A stretch of DNA of 64,000 nucleotides from an uncultured delta proteobacterium (GCA_963796055.1 CAWCKH010000004.1:3040001-3104000); one strand, 5' to 3'; positions 1 through 13,056 are shown, counted from the first letter of the stretch. Translations and numbers: made by a program. The notes: generated by a model from the letters alone, not told the origin.

Positions 1-484
1 GGCCGCCTGGCAGCCGCAGCGTCCAGCGCCGCGCGACGAGCGCCCGAGTGAGCTCGACGCTGGAGACGGCGAGGAGCAGCCCGGCGAAGATGCCGCCCGC
101 GCCAAGCCGCGAGAGGAGCAGCGAGAGCGGCTGTCCCGGGGCCCCCGGCTGGAGCGCGGCGAGGACGTAGCCCGAAGCGGCGATGAGCCCGGCAGCGGTG
201 GCGTCTAGCGCGTAGCTCCGGGCCAGCGCCTGCGCGGCGGCGAAGGTGACCCAGAGCGCGATGCAGCCGCCGAGGGCCCGGTAGGGAAGGAGGAGCTTCG
301 CCGAGTACGGCGCGACCAGCTGCTGCAACGCGGGCCACGGCGGCTGGGCGAGGAGGAGGAACAGCGAGCCCACGAGGACCAGCGGCAGCGCGCTGACGAC
401 GCCATCGCGCACCGCTATGAGGTGCCGCTGCCGGGCGAGCCGCTCCGCGGCTCGGGCAAGGTGCTCGCGACGCGTGCCAGCCAC
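1..484 (-). CDS. PTS sugar transporter subunit IIC, lactose/cellobiose (ChbC/CelB-like) family, 3'-truncated by window edge
   Basis: Not in the ORF track (runs off the edge). Manual translation from GTG 484: MAGTRREHLARAAERLARQRHLIAVRDGVVSALPLVLVGSLFLLL...LGAGGIFAGLL...WTLRLPGG, matching Lac-family IIC motifs (xRDG..xxPxxxxGSxFLL; LGxxGxF; xxPxGVP). Confidence 0.75.
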   Translation of the reverse strand, partial: MAGTRREHLARAAERLARQRHLIAVRDGVVSALPLVLVGSLFLLLAQPPWPALQQLVAPYSAKLLLPYRALGGCIALWVTFAAAQALARSYALDATAAGLIAASGYVLAALQPGAPGQPLSLLLSRLGAGGIFAGLLLAVSSVELTRALVARRWTLRLPGG

Positions 485-1017
485 GGCGCTGGAAGGAGCG
501 GTGGTCAGACGCCGATCGTCCCCCGCGCCGGACTGCTGGGCAAGCGGACGTCCGGGAGTATCCCGCGCTCCACCTGGTGCTCGAGGCTCGCCCAGGTGCG
601 GCGAACCCCCGCTTGACTAGGTAAGGGTTCCCGAGCGAGGCGATGTGCGAGCGAGAGGGAGAGCGCTGATGCCTTCCTGGGGCCGATCTCATCTCCGTCC
701 CCGGCCAGGGCCGTCCGTCGAAGCCGACGGCCAGGCCTGTCAGTGGCTGCTCTTCCCAATCGAGCCGGCGCCGTGCGCTGCGTTCGGGACGAGCAGGAAG
801 GGCTGATCCGGGGTCCTGGGGAGAGGCCGTTCAGCGGCTCCGGCCCGCCGACCGTCATCGGCTCCGAACGGTCGGGGCTCAGCCCCGCGGGGAGGGACGC
901 TGCACGGACCCATCAGCATCGTGGATGGCGCAGGCCTTGCGCCCGCTCCAAAGGACGTAGACCCCAGGTATTCCAGTAGCTTGCACGAGCCAGGAGCTGG
1001 CCAATCAGCACTCGACT

Positions 1018-1034
1018 TTGAGAATCAGTCTCAA
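1018..1034. promoter_or_regulatory. Fur-box-like palindrome upstream of feoA
   Basis: TTGAGA-ATCAG-TCTCAA, an AT-rich inverted repeat 12 nt before the feoA ATG; resembles the TGAxAATxATTxTCA Fur consensus. Confidence 0.75.
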
Positions 1035-1046
1035 TATAAAGGGGCC

Positions 1047-1301
1047 ATGAGGAACCTCGCGCAGCTCCCGCCCGGCGCCCGTGCGCGCATCGACGGCTTC
1101 GGGTCGGCGCTCCGCCCGGAGGTGGGGCGGCGGCTGCGCGAGCTGGGCTTCGTGGACGGCAACGTGGTGCGCTGCGTGCGCCGGGCGCCGTTCGGCGGCC
1201 CGCGGGTCTACGCGGTGTCCGGGGCCGCCTTCGCGCTGGAGATGGACGTCGCGGCCCAGGTGAGGCTCGGCCCGGCGGACGGCGATGACGGCGGGCGCTG
1301 A
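1047..1301 (+). CDS. feoA: Ferrous iron transport protein A
   Basis: RRLRELGFVDG...RRAPFGGP motif, directly upstream of feoB; ATG 1047 chosen. Confidence 0.92.
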   Translation: MRNLAQLPPGARARIDGFGSALRPEVGRRLRELGFVDGNVVRCVRRAPFGGPRVYAVSGAAFALEMDVAAQVRLGPADGDDGGR

Positions 1302-3144
1302 GCGCGCCGACGTCCTCCTCGTCGGCAATCCGAACTCCGGCAAGAGCCTCCTCTTCACCCGGCTCACCGGCCTCGCCCAGAAAGTCGCCAACTATCCGGG
1401 CGTGACCACCGAGGTCCGCTCCGGCCACGCCGGCGGTCTGGTCATTCACGACTACCCGGGCATCTACTCCCTCGAGCCGCTCACCCTCGACGAGCGGGTG
1501 GCCATCGAGCGGCTGGAGAAGGCGCTCGCCGATCCCGGCACCAAGGCCATCGTCTGCGTGCTCGACGCCACCCGGCTCGAGCGCAGCCTCTACCTCCTCC
1601 TCGAGCTGCTGCCACGGGCGGGCGCCGTTCACGTCCCGGTCATCGCCGCGGTCAACATCATCGACGAGCTGGTCGGCCCGAGCGCCCGGCTGGACCTCGC
1701 CGGCCTGAGCGCGTCCCTGGGCTGCCACTTCATCGGCGTCTCGGCCAAGACCGGCCAGGGGCTCGAGGCGCTGCGAGCCACGCTCCACCACCTGGACCGC
1801 GAGGCGCCCTGGGACGAGCGGTGCGTCGACCCGGGGTCGATCGAGGACCGGAAGGGCATCGCCCGCCGGCTCACCCGCGCCTATGGCCCGCGAGACGACG
1901 TGCTGCTCAGGTCGCAGGAGCGGCTCGACCGGCTCTTTCTCTCCACCTGGCTCGGGCTTCCGGTCTTCGCGGTGGTGATGGCGGTGCTCTTCCAGGCCAT
2001 CTTCACCTGGGCGGCGCCGCTGATGTCCCTGGTCAAGGACGGAATCGCCGCCGCGGGGGCGTTCGTCGGCGGCCTGCTCCCGGCCGGCATCGCGCACGAC
2101 TTCGTCCAGGACGCGCTGTTCGCCGGCATCGGCGCCTTCCTCACCTTCGTTCCGCAGATCTTCATCCTCTTCCTGGTCATCGGCGCCCTGGAGGACTCGG
2201 GCTACCTCGCCCGCGCCGCGGTCATGCTCCACCGTCCGCTGGGATGGTTCGGGCTCTCGGGGCGGAGCTTCCTCCCGCTCCTCTCGGGACACGCCTGCGC
2301 CATCCCGGCGATGATGGCCGCGAGGACCATCGAGTCGCCACGCCGGCGGCTGATCACCGTGATGGTGATTCCCTTCACCTCCTGCTCGGCGCGCCTGCCC
2401 ATCTACGCGCTCCTGATCGGCGGCTTCGTGCCCGCCCGCACCCTGGTCGCCGGTCTGCTCGGGCTGCAGGGCGTGGTCTTCGCCGGGGTCTACGCGTTCG
2501 GCATCCTGAACGCGCTCCTCGCTGCGGCGGTGCTGGACCGTCTCACGCGGAAGAGGCTCGGCGGCCGGCTGGCGGACGCACCTTTCGTCGTCGAGCTTCC
2601 CCCGTACCGCGTGCCGAGCGTCAAGCCCATCGTCGTCGCCGCGGCCTCCCGGTCGTGGAGCTTCGTCCGCCGGGCGGCGCCGATCATCTTCACCGTGGTG
2701 CTGATCATCTGGTTCTTCGGCTACTTCCCCAAGGGCGCCGGGCACCTCGATGAGTCGTGGCTGGCGGGGCTCGGTCGGCTGTTCGAGCCGGTGTTCCGGC
2801 CCATGGGCGCGGACTGGAAGTCGGGCGTGGGGATCCTGACCTCCTTCGTGGCCCGGGAGACCTTCGTGGGGACGATGGGCACCCTGAACGGCCTCGAGGA
2901 CGCCGGCACGCACCTGGGCCAGCTCTCGACCCAGCTCCAGCTCGGAGGCATGGGTCTGGCGGCCGCGCTGGCGCTGCTGGTGTTCTACGCCCTGTCGCTC
3001 CAGTGCGCCTCGACCCTGGCGGTGATGCGCAAGGAGACCGGGAGCTCCCGGGCGCCGGTGTTCGCCTTCGTCTCCATGACCGCGCTCGCCTACCTGGGCG
3101 CGGTGGTGACCTTCCATCTCGCCCGGGCCCTCGGCGCCGCCTGA
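1285..3144 (+). CDS. feoB: Ferrous iron transport protein B
   Basis: GNPNSGKS, VANYPGVT, DYPGIYSL GTPase motifs; LEDSGYLAR, GHACAIP, SCSARLP membrane motifs. Confidence 0.97.
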   Translation: MTAGAERADVLLVGNPNSGKSLLFTRLTGLAQKVANYPGVTTEVRSGHAGGLVIHDYPGIYSLEPLTLDERVAIERLEKALADPGTKAIVCVLDATRLERSLYLLLELLPRAGAVHVPVIAAVNIIDELVGPSARLDLAGLSASLGCHFIGVSAKTGQGLEALRATLHHLDREAPWDERCVDPGSIEDRKGIARRLTRAYGPRDDVLLRSQERLDRLFLSTWLGLPVFAVVMAVLFQAIFTWAAPLMSLVKDGIAAAGAFVGGLLPAGIAHDFVQDALFAGIGAFLTFVPQIFILFLVIGALEDSGYLARAAVMLHRPLGWFGLSGRSFLPLLSGHACAIPAMMAARTIESPRRRLITVMVIPFTSCSARLPIYALLIGGFVPARTLVAGLLGLQGVVFAGVYAFGILNALLAAAVLDRLTRKRLGGRLADAPFVVELPPYRVPSVKPIVVAAASRSWSFVRRAAPIIFTVVLIIWFFGYFPKGAGHLDESWLAGLGRLFEPVFRPMGADWKSGVGILTSFVARETFVGTMGTLNGLEDAGTHLGQLSTQLQLGGMGLAAALALLVFYALSLQCASTLAVMRKETGSSRAPVFAFVSMTALAYLGAVVTFHLARALGAA

Positions 3145-3221
3145 GCTTGTGTGGACGGTCCCGAAGTGTCAGGTTGACGTACCGGCCGAGCGATCCCCGC
3201 CGCCGCCCAAGGCTGGCCACG

Positions 3222-3602
3222 ATGACGCGTTCGTCCTTCCCGCTGATCTACCAGGGCCTGCTCTGCGCCCGTCATCGCTGCACGGACCGCCTGGTGGACA
3301 CCCACGAGTGCGTGGATTGCGTCGGCCCGGCGCGGCTGCGGGAGATGGAGGAGCGGTCCGAGCGGGAAGAGCTCCAGCGGCGGGTGCACCGGGTCCTTCA
3401 CGAGATGAGCGACGGCGGAAAGACCACCCTCCAGCTCGTCCACACCACCGGGCTCTCCACCACCCAGCTCCGGCCGCTGCTGGAGCAGCTCGCCTCCTCG
3501 GGGATGGTCCGGTTCGGCGAGGAACGTCTCGGCCATCACAGCCGGTGGCTCTGGTCGCTCCTTCGCCTCCCCCAGGCACAGCGCGGGGCACCGTGTCGCT
3601 GA
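3222..3602 (+). CDS. Hypothetical protein: N-terminal Cys/His cluster plus winged-helix-like region
   Basis: 3' part of ORF 2757..3602 from ATG 3222: CARHRC...HECVDC, then TTLQLVHTTGLSTTQLRPLLEQLASSGMVRF (HTH-like pattern). Confidence 0.55.
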   Translation: MTRSSFPLIYQGLLCARHRCTDRLVDTHECVDCVGPARLREMEERSEREELQRRVHRVLHEMSDGGKTTLQLVHTTGLSTTQLRPLLEQLASSGMVRFGEERLGHHSRWLWSLLRLPQAQRGAPCR

Positions 3603-3847
3603 CCGCACTCGCGGTGGGCTCTGTGAGCAGCTTCGGACCGTGCCTCCACGATCGTCAACATCACCCCGGTGCGCTGGACCGGATGCTGCCCTGTGCCTGG
3701 CCGGACTGTGACCTCGGAGTGGGCGAGGAGAGACTCTCGGTCTCCAGGACCGGCCGCGCCGCCCCGCTCCTGCTCGAGAGGCGCTCGCTGGTGCTCGGTG
3801 GCGAGGAGCAGGTCTTCCTCTGGCACCCCTGCAGCCGCCAGGTGTAG
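3593..3847 (+). CDS. Small hypothetical Cys/His-containing protein
   Basis: GTG 3593 (or 3623) overlapping the previous stop; CLHDRQHH...CAWPDC. Confidence 0.4.
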   Translation: MSLTALAVGSVSSFGPCLHDRQHHPGALDRMLPCAWPDCDLGVGEERLSVSRTGRAAPLLLERRSLVLGGEEQVFLWHPCSRQV

Positions 3848-3904
3848 CGCCACCGGGATCGTGCGGCGCTGCATCGACCTTCCCCGATGGTTAGGTCCGG
3901 GGCG

Positions 3905-4925
<1,021 letters not shown>

Positions 4926-4948
<23 letters not shown>

Positions 4949-5651
4949 CCGGGATCGGCTGATCGGTCACCTCGGTGCGCTTGTGGGGCTCGCCCGCGGG
5001 AAGCTTCAGCGGGACGAGGCCCTCGCCGATCCGCGTGTGCGGCTCGGTGTGCTGGTGCGTGGGTGGCGCGGAGGAGGTCCGCTTGTTCCAGGGGTCCGAG
5101 GGGTGGCTGACCGGGGGACCCTGGAGCAGCTTGGGAATGTCCCAGACGAAGCCGGAGCGGTTGTACTCCGACGGCGCATGCAGTCCGGTGTCCATCCGGA
5201 TCGCGTCCTTGGGGCAGGCGTCCACACACAGCCCGCAGACGATGCACCGAAGCTCGTCGATGACGAACTGGGTGGGGTACTTCTCGATCACCCGGTCCTC
5301 GGCCACCGGGTCCGTCGTCTCGTACTCGCCGGCCTCGATGTAGATGCACTGCGCCGGGCAGATGGTGGCGCACATGTAGCAGGCCACGCAGCGCGGCTTG
5401 CCGTCCTCGCGTGGCACCAGCCGGTGCAGGCCGCGGTACCCGGGCGGGTAGGGCGTCTTCTCCTCGGGATAGCTGACCGTGGAGACCAGGTTCCTGCCCT
5501 TCCGGTCCTGGACCTCGGTGTTGATGTCCCGGGGGTTGAAGAGGTTCCGGAGGAAGTGCCGGGTGGTGATGGCCAGCCCGCGGAGCAGCTCGGGGAGATA
5601 GAGCCTCTCCCGCAGGTCGTCAGTCGGATTCTTGCTCGCCTTGTAGGCCAT
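4926..5651 (-). CDS. nuoI: NADH-quinone oxidoreductase subunit I
   Basis: Two CxxCxxCxxxCP motifs, YPEE, RGLHRL; follows nuoH. Confidence 0.95.
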
Positions 5652-5668
5652 TCGAGGGTCCCAGGCTT

Positions 5669-7066
5669 TCAGTGGTGCGAGGCGGCTGTGGCTCCGGGGA
5701 GCGCTGCGGAGCCGTGCCCATGCGTGTCCGTGGGGAGGTGGGCGTCATCGGCCCCGTGGCCGACCTCCTTGTCGCTCCGCCTCAGGGCGAGGGCGAGGAC
5801 GAAGCCGATCTCCAGGACGCCGACGACGGCCAGGGTCCGGAGCGACGGGTCGAGGAGGAGGAGCGCGCCGGTGATGAAGACGTTTGCCAGCGCCTGGGGG
5901 AGGAGGATCTTCCAGCCCAGGGTCTGGATCTGGTCGTACCGGAACCGAGGGAACGTCCAGCGGATGGCGAGCTGGATGTAGCAGAGGATGAGGGCCTTGA
6001 CCCAGAAGATGGTCGAGTAGACCGCGCCGAGCAGGATGCCGTGGTCGGCGAGCGCGCGGTTCAGGCTGGAATCGAAGGCGAAGCCGAGCTGCCAGCCGCC
6101 GAGAAAGACCGCGGTGGTGATCGCGGAGAGGATCACCACCTCCGCGAACTCGGAGATCATGAACAGGCCGAACTTCATCCCCGAGTACTCGACGAAGTAC
6201 CCGATGATCTCGCTCTCGCCCTCGGGCACGTCGAACGGGGCCCGCTTGGTCTCGGCGAACGCCGCGGCGAAGAAGCAGATGAAGCCGACCGGCTGCAGGA
6301 AGATTCCCCAGGCCGGGATCCCGACCTTCCCCAGGACTCCGAGCTCCTCGCCGCTCCCCCACAGATGCATCGCCTGACCGGCGATGATGTCCGGGAGCCG
6401 CACGCTAGAGAACGCCATCATCACCCCCACCAGGCCGAGCCCCAGCGCGACCTCGTAGGAGATCATCTGGGAGGAGGCCCGGACGCCGCCGAGCAGGGCG
6501 AACTTGTTGTTGCTGGCCCAGCCGGCGAGCGAGGTCCCGTACACCGCCAGGGAGGCGATGGCGAAGACCCAGAGCAGCCCGAAGTCCGGGTTCGCCACTT
6601 GCAGACCAACACGGTTCACGATGTTCGTGAATGGCACCTTCACCAGCACCTGGGGTCCCACCGGGACGACGGCGAAGAGCGCGAGCACCGGAGCGAACGC
6701 GAGGATCGGTCCGAGGTTGAAGAGCAGCGGGTCGGCGGTCTTCGGCCGGAAGTCCTCCTTGAAGAGCATCTTCAGGGCGTCGGTCGCGACGTGGAACACC
6801 CCCCCGAGTGGACGGCCGCGGAGCAGGGGAACGTTGATCGTCGCGCGGTTCGGACCGATCCGGTCCTGCATCATCGCGCTCCACTTCCGCTCGGCGAGCG
6901 TGAGGAACGTGGCAATGACCATCACGAAGACGAGGACGAGGATGATCAGGTTGCTCACCCAGGCCCAGGAACCCAGCAGCCCACCGATCCAGTAGGCCAC
7001 CGCACTGAAGAAGAAGACCGCTCCGATGATGACGCCGATGGCAGTGAGGACCGAGAGGGCTTTCAT
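5669..7066 (-). CDS. nuoH: NADH-quinone oxidoreductase subunit H
   Basis: [45 protein letters not shown]. Confidence 0.96.
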   Translation of the reverse strand: MKALSVLTAIGVIIGAVFFFSAVAYWIGGLLGSWAWVSNLIILVLVFVMVIATFLTLAERKWSAMMQDRIGPNRATINVPLLRGRPLGGVFHVATDALKMLFKEDFRPKTADPLLFNLGPILAFAPVLALFAVVPVGPQVLVKVPFTNIVNRVGLQVANPDFGLLWVFAIASLAVYGTSLAGWASNNKFALLGGVRASSQMISYEVALGLGLVGVMMAFSSVRLPDIIAGQAMHLWGSGEELGVLGKVGIPAWGIFLQPVGFICFFAAAFAETKRAPFDVPEGESEIIGYFVEYSGMKFGLFMISEFAEVVILSAITTAVFLGGWQLGFAFDSSLNRALADHGILLGAVYSTIFWVKALILCYIQLAIRWTFPRFRYDQIQTLGWKILLPQALANVFITGALLLLDPSLRTLAVVGVLEIGFVLALALRRSDKEVGHGADDAHLPTDTHGHGSAALPGATAASHH

Positions 7067-7070
7067 GGCG

Positions 7071-8821
<1,751 letters not shown>

Positions 8822-8825
<4 letters not shown>

Positions 8826-10060
8826 TGCTCCACCTCGCCGCCGATCATGTTGATGGTGTCGAACGTGGGGATCAGGTCGGCCAGCATCCTCCCCTCGATC
8901 ATCCGCGGGACCCCCGAGAGGATCGCGAACCCCGGCGCGCGGACGTGGACCTTGTACGGTCGGCCCGACCCGTCGCTCACCAGGTACCAGCCCAGCTCGC
9001 CGTTGGCCGCCTCGGTGGAGTCGTAGACCTCGCCCGCAGGCACCGGGATGCCCTCCATCACCAGCTTGAAGTGGGCGATGACGCCCTCGATGGTGCCGTA
9101 GACCTCGGCCTTGGGCGGGAGCGCGATCCGCCAGTCGTCGACGATGATCGGGCCCGGAGGAATCTCCCGGAGCGACTGCCGGACGATGGCCTCGGACTGC
9201 CTCAGCTCCTCCATCCTCATGAGATATCGGTCGTAGTTGTCGCCGTTCTGACCGATCGGGACATCGAAGTTCATCCGGTCGTAGACCCAGTACGGGCGTG
9301 CCTTGCGGACGTCGTAGTTGATGCCGTTGGCGCGAAGGCAGGGGCCGGTGAAGCCGAAGTCCAGGGCGTCCTGGGCGGTGATGACCCCGGTACCCCGCAT
9401 CCGGTCCACGAAGATCCGGTTCTTGGTGAGGAGGCCGTCCACCTCGCCCAGCAGCTCGTGAATCTTGTCCAGGGTCTTGTGGACCCGCTCGGTCCAGCCC
9501 TCGGGGAGGTCGCGGTTCAGGCCGCCCACCCGACCGAACGAGGTGGTGAGCCGCGCCCCGGTGAGCTCGCTCACCCGGTCCATGATCAGCTCACGGGCCT
9601 CGATGGCGTAAAGAAAGGCGGAGAAGCCGCCCAGCTCGAGCCCGATGGCGCCGACGCAGGTGAGGTGGTCATGCATCCGGTGCAGCTCGGAGGAGGCCAC
9701 CCGGATGTACTGGGCCCGCTCGGGGATCTCCAGGCCGACGAGCTTCTCCACCGCCTTGAGAAACCCGAGGTTGTTCATGATCGCCGACACGTAGTTCAGG
9801 CGATCGGTGTAGGGCAGACACTGGTTCCAGGTGACGTTCTCGCAGCTCTTCTGGAACCCGCGGTGGAGGAAACCGATCTCCGGATCGGCGCGGATGATGG
9901 TCTCGCCCTCGAGCTCCACCTTCATCCGCACGGTGCCGTGCATCGCCGGATGGGAGGGACCCAGGTTGATCATCATCCGCTTGGTTTGCAGATGTGCCTC
10001 GAGCTCCGACTCCTCGTCCTGGGTGGGGTCCTCGATCTGTCGTTCGTCGGCGTGGGCCAT
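8822..10060 (-). CDS. nuoD: NADH-quinone oxidoreductase subunit D
   Basis: NLGPSHPAMHG, GFLHRG, YTDRLNY, EAANGELG; ATG 10060 chosen. Confidence 0.96.
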
Positions 10061-10068
10061 GGGTCGGG

Positions 10069-10602
10069 TCAGGCTGTGCCCGAGGTGCCGGGGCCGCGGA
10101 AGATGTCGCGGATGGGCTTCTCGGGGATGAGGGGCTGCCGCTCCCGGAGGGGATAGTCCTTGCGGAGCGGGTGCCCCTTGAACTCCTCGTACATGAGGAT
10201 CCGGCGCAGATCGGGGTGCCCGGCGAAGCGGATGCCGTAGAAATCCCAGACGAAGCGCTCCCACCAGTTCGCGCCCTGGAAGATGGAGGTGACGCTCGGG
10301 ACCTCGGGGTGCTCCTCGCCGACCCGCACCTTGAGGCGGAGGTGCTCGTTCCAGGTCACCGAGTAGAGGAAGTAGACCACCTCGAACCGCGGGATGCTGT
10401 CGGTGAGCTGCAGCCGGTCCACCGCGTCGATGGAGAGGAAGAGCTTGAAGTCGAGCTGCGGGTCGTCCTTGACGTGGGAGAGGACCTGCCGGAGCGACTC
10501 GGCCTTGACCACGCCCCAGCTCCCCCCGGTCCGGTCGGTGTACTGCTCGACGAAGGCGTCGGGGTACTTCTCGTGCACGAGGGTCAGGGCGCGGAGGCTC
10601 AC
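10069..10602 (-). CDS. nuoC: NADH-quinone oxidoreductase subunit C
   Basis: RFEVVYFLYS, ANWWERFVWDFYGIRFAGHPDLRRIL, GHPLRKDYPL. Confidence 0.95.
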   Translation of the reverse strand: MSLRALTLVHEKYPDAFVEQYTDRTGGSWGVVKAESLRQVLSHVKDDPQLDFKLFLSIDAVDRLQLTDSIPRFEVVYFLYSVTWNEHLRLKVRVGEEHPEVPSVTSIFQGANWWERFVWDFYGIRFAGHPDLRRILMYEEFKGHPLRKDYPLRERQPLIPEKPIRDIFRGPGTSGTA

Positions 10603-10657
10603 GGGGGTCGGGACGGCCTTTCCGGGACGACGGGAAGCGTGCCGAGCGGCGCCGCGG

Positions 10658-10687
10658 GTTCTACTGGCCCGCCGCGGGGCACGTCAA
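10658..10687 (-). promoter_or_regulatory. Putative sigma70 promoter for nuoCDGHI
   Basis: Minus strand TTGACG-18 nt-TAGAAC, ~55 nt upstream of nuoC. Confidence 0.4.
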
Positions 10688-10771
10688 CGGACAACCCCGA
10701 AGAAGTTGGGGCACTTACCGAGCTGAGCAGGCGAAGCGGCAGGTGCCGGCGTGGGAGTAGGGTGGACGCCC

Positions 10772-11236
10772 ATGGAAGGTCCAAGCGTCCAGGAACGGTT
10801 CGCTCCCCACAATGCCTGCTTCGGGTGCGGCCCGGCGAACTCCAAGGGCCTGCGGATCCGGAGCTTCGAGGAAGGTGACCACCTGGTCGCCCGCTGGCGC
10901 CCCGAGGAGCACCACCAGGCGTTCCCCGGAGTGCTGAACGGGGGCATCGTCGGCGCGCTGCTCGACTGTCACTCCAACTGGGCGGCCACGGTAGCGCTGA
11001 TGCATACCCAGAAGGTCGGGTCGCCTCCCTGCACGGTGACCTCCGACTTCGCGGTGACCCTCAGGCGGCCGACGCCGATGGGCCCGGAGCTGTCGCTGTG
11101 GGCGAAGGCGGTGGAGATCCAGGGAGACCGGGCCACCGTCGAGGCGACGCTGAGCGCGGACGGCAAGGTGACCGCCACCTGTCGCGGGACGTTCGTCGCG
11201 GTGAAGCCGGGGCATCCCGCCTATTACCGCTGGTGA
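10772..11236 (+). CDS. PaaI family (hot-dog fold) thioesterase
   Basis: CFGCGPANSKGL, HQAFPGVLNGGIVGALLDCH, PGHPAYYRW. Confidence 0.88.
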   Translation: MEGPSVQERFAPHNACFGCGPANSKGLRIRSFEEGDHLVARWRPEEHHQAFPGVLNGGIVGALLDCHSNWAATVALMHTQKVGSPPCTVTSDFAVTLRRPTPMGPELSLWAKAVEIQGDRATVEATLSADGKVTATCRGTFVAVKPGHPAYYRW

Positions 11237-11259
11237 CCGCGGACGTGCCTGGACCCAGG

Positions 11260-13056
11260 ATGAGACGGCGACGTTTCCTCGAGATCCTGGCGGGTGGCGC
11301 CGCCCTGGGGGCGCTCGGGGCGCGGTCCGGCGATGCCCGCGCGGCCGCCATCGCCCGCCGGGTTCGCCCCGGAGAATCCGGCTGGCCCGACGAGGCGGCG
11401 TGGAAGGCGCTCTCCGACACGGTGCAGGGACGACTGCTCCGCGTCGACTCGCCGCTGGAGACGGCCAGGCCGGACCTGGTGAAGCAGATGCACAACCCGT
11501 ACTTCATCGGGGACCAGGTCTGGGGCACCCAGAGCACGGGATGGGCAGGTGCGTGGACCTCGAGCCCGAGCGCCTACGCGGTCACGGCGAGGAACGCCGC
11601 GGACGTGTCGGCCGCGGTCGACTTCGCCCGCTCGCACCGGCTCCGGCTGGTGGTGAAGGGCGGGGGACACAGCTACCACGGCACCTCCAACGCGCCCGAC
11701 TCGCTCCTCGTCTGGACCCGGGCCGTGGAGGACGTCACCCTGCACGACGCCTTCGTCCCGCGCGGGTGCGAGGGGATGCTCCACCCGGTGCCGGCGGTGA
11801 GCGTGGGCGCGGGTGCCCTCTGGTTTCACGCGTACGACGCGGTGACCACCCGGGGCGGCCGGTACGTGCAGGGGGGCGGATGCGCGACGGTGGGAGTCGC
11901 GGGCCTGGTGCAGGGGGGCGGGTTCGGGAGCTTCTCCAAGCGGTTCGGGATGGCGGCCGCGAGCCTGCTGGAGGCCGAGGTCGTGACCGCCGACGGCGTC
12001 GTCCGGATCGCCAATGCCTGCACCCATCCGGACCTCTTCTGGGCGCTGAAGGGAGGTGGCGGCCCCAGCTTCGGCGTCGTCACCCGCCTGACGCTGAAGA
12101 CCCACGCGCTGCCAGCGACCTTCGGTGCGGTGCTGCTGACCCTCCAGGCCGACTCAGATGCAGCCTTCAAGCGGCTGATCCGGCGGTTCGTCGCTTTCTA
12201 CGGCAGCACGCTGATGAACCCGCACTGGGGTGAGCAGGTCCGGCTGTACTCCCGGAACCGGATGGCGGTCCAGATGCTCTTCGAGGGGCTGGACACCGCC
12301 CAGGCGGAGGAGGTCTGGCGGCCATTCCTCGCCGAGGCGGCCAAGCCGGGGAGCGGTGTCAACATCGGCGCCGACCGGACCATCGTCAGCGTGCCGGCGC
12401 GTGACTTCTGGAACCCCGAGTTCCTCAAGACGAACCTCGGGCCGTACGTCAGGTTCGACGACCGGCCCTCCGCCCCGCCGTTCAAGAACCTCTGGTGGGC
12501 GAGCAACGAGGAGGAGCTCGGGGCGTACTGGCACGGGTACGAGTCCACCTGGCTTCCCGCATCTCTGCTTTCGCCCGCACGCCAGGAGGCGCTCGCCGCG
12601 GCCCTCTTCGCCGCCTCGCGGCATTGGACGGTGGGGCTGCACTTCAACAAAGGCCTGGCCGGAGCGCCGTCCGAGGCGGTCACCGCCGCGCGAGACACCT
12701 GCATCAACCCCGCGGCGCTCGACGCGTTCGCCCTGGCGATCATCGCCGGGAGCGGTCCGCCGGTGTACCCGGGCGTGTCGGGGCACGAGCCCGATCCAGT
12801 CGAGGCACGCAACGACGCGCAGGCAATCCACCGGGCGATGGTGGAGCTGCGGAAGGTGGTGCCCGAGCCGGGCTCATACGTGCTCGAGACCAGCTACTTC
12901 GAGCCGAAGTGGCAGCGGGCATTCTGGGGGAGGAACTACCCCCGGCTCCGCGCGGTGAAGAAGAAGTACGACCCCGGCGGTCTGTTCATCGTCCACCATG
13001 GGGTGGGGAGCGAGGACTGGAGCGCGGACGGGATGACCCGCGTCGCCGGAGGCTGA
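11260..13056 (+). CDS. Tat-exported FAD-binding oxidoreductase, VAO/berberine-bridge-enzyme family
   Basis: MRRRRFLE twin-arginine signal; KGGGHSYHG FAD-binding His motif; C-terminal FWGRNYPRLRAVKKKYDP (BBE domain). Confidence 0.92.
   Translation: MRRRRFLEILAGGAALGALGARSGDARAAAIARRVRPGESGWPDEAAWKALSDTVQGRLLRVDSPLETARPDLVKQMHNPYFIGDQVWGTQSTGWAGAWTSSPSAYAVTARNAADVSAAVDFARSHRLRLVVKGGGHSYHGTSNAPDSLLVWTRAVEDVTLHDAFVPRGCEGMLHPVPAVSVGAGALWFHAYDAVTTRGGRYVQGGGCATVGVAGLVQGGGFGSFSKRFGMAAASLLEAEVVTADGVVRIANACTHPDLFWALKGGGGPSFGVVTRLTLKTHALPATFGAVLLTLQADSDAAFKRLIRRFVAFYGSTLMNPHWGEQVRLYSRNRMAVQMLFEGLDTAQAEEVWRPFLAEAAKPGSGVNIGADRTIVSVPARDFWNPEFLKTNLGPYVRFDDRPSAPPFKNLWWASNEEELGAYWHGYESTWLPASLLSPARQEALAAALFAASRHWTVGLHFNKGLAGAPSEAVTAARDTCINPAALDAFALAIIAGSGPPVYPGVSGHEPDPVEARNDAQAIHRAMVELRKVVPEPGSYVLETSYFEPKWQRAFWGRNYPRLRAVKKKYDPGGLFIVHHGVGSEDWSADGMTRVAGG

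Noticed and set aside
485..1017. Known riboswitch or housekeeping RNA (cobalamin, glmS, c-di-GMP, SRP, RNase P, tmRNA) and ORFs 505..858 and 743..979
   Set aside because: Diagnostic conserved motifs not found on either strand; the ORFs have no recognisable features
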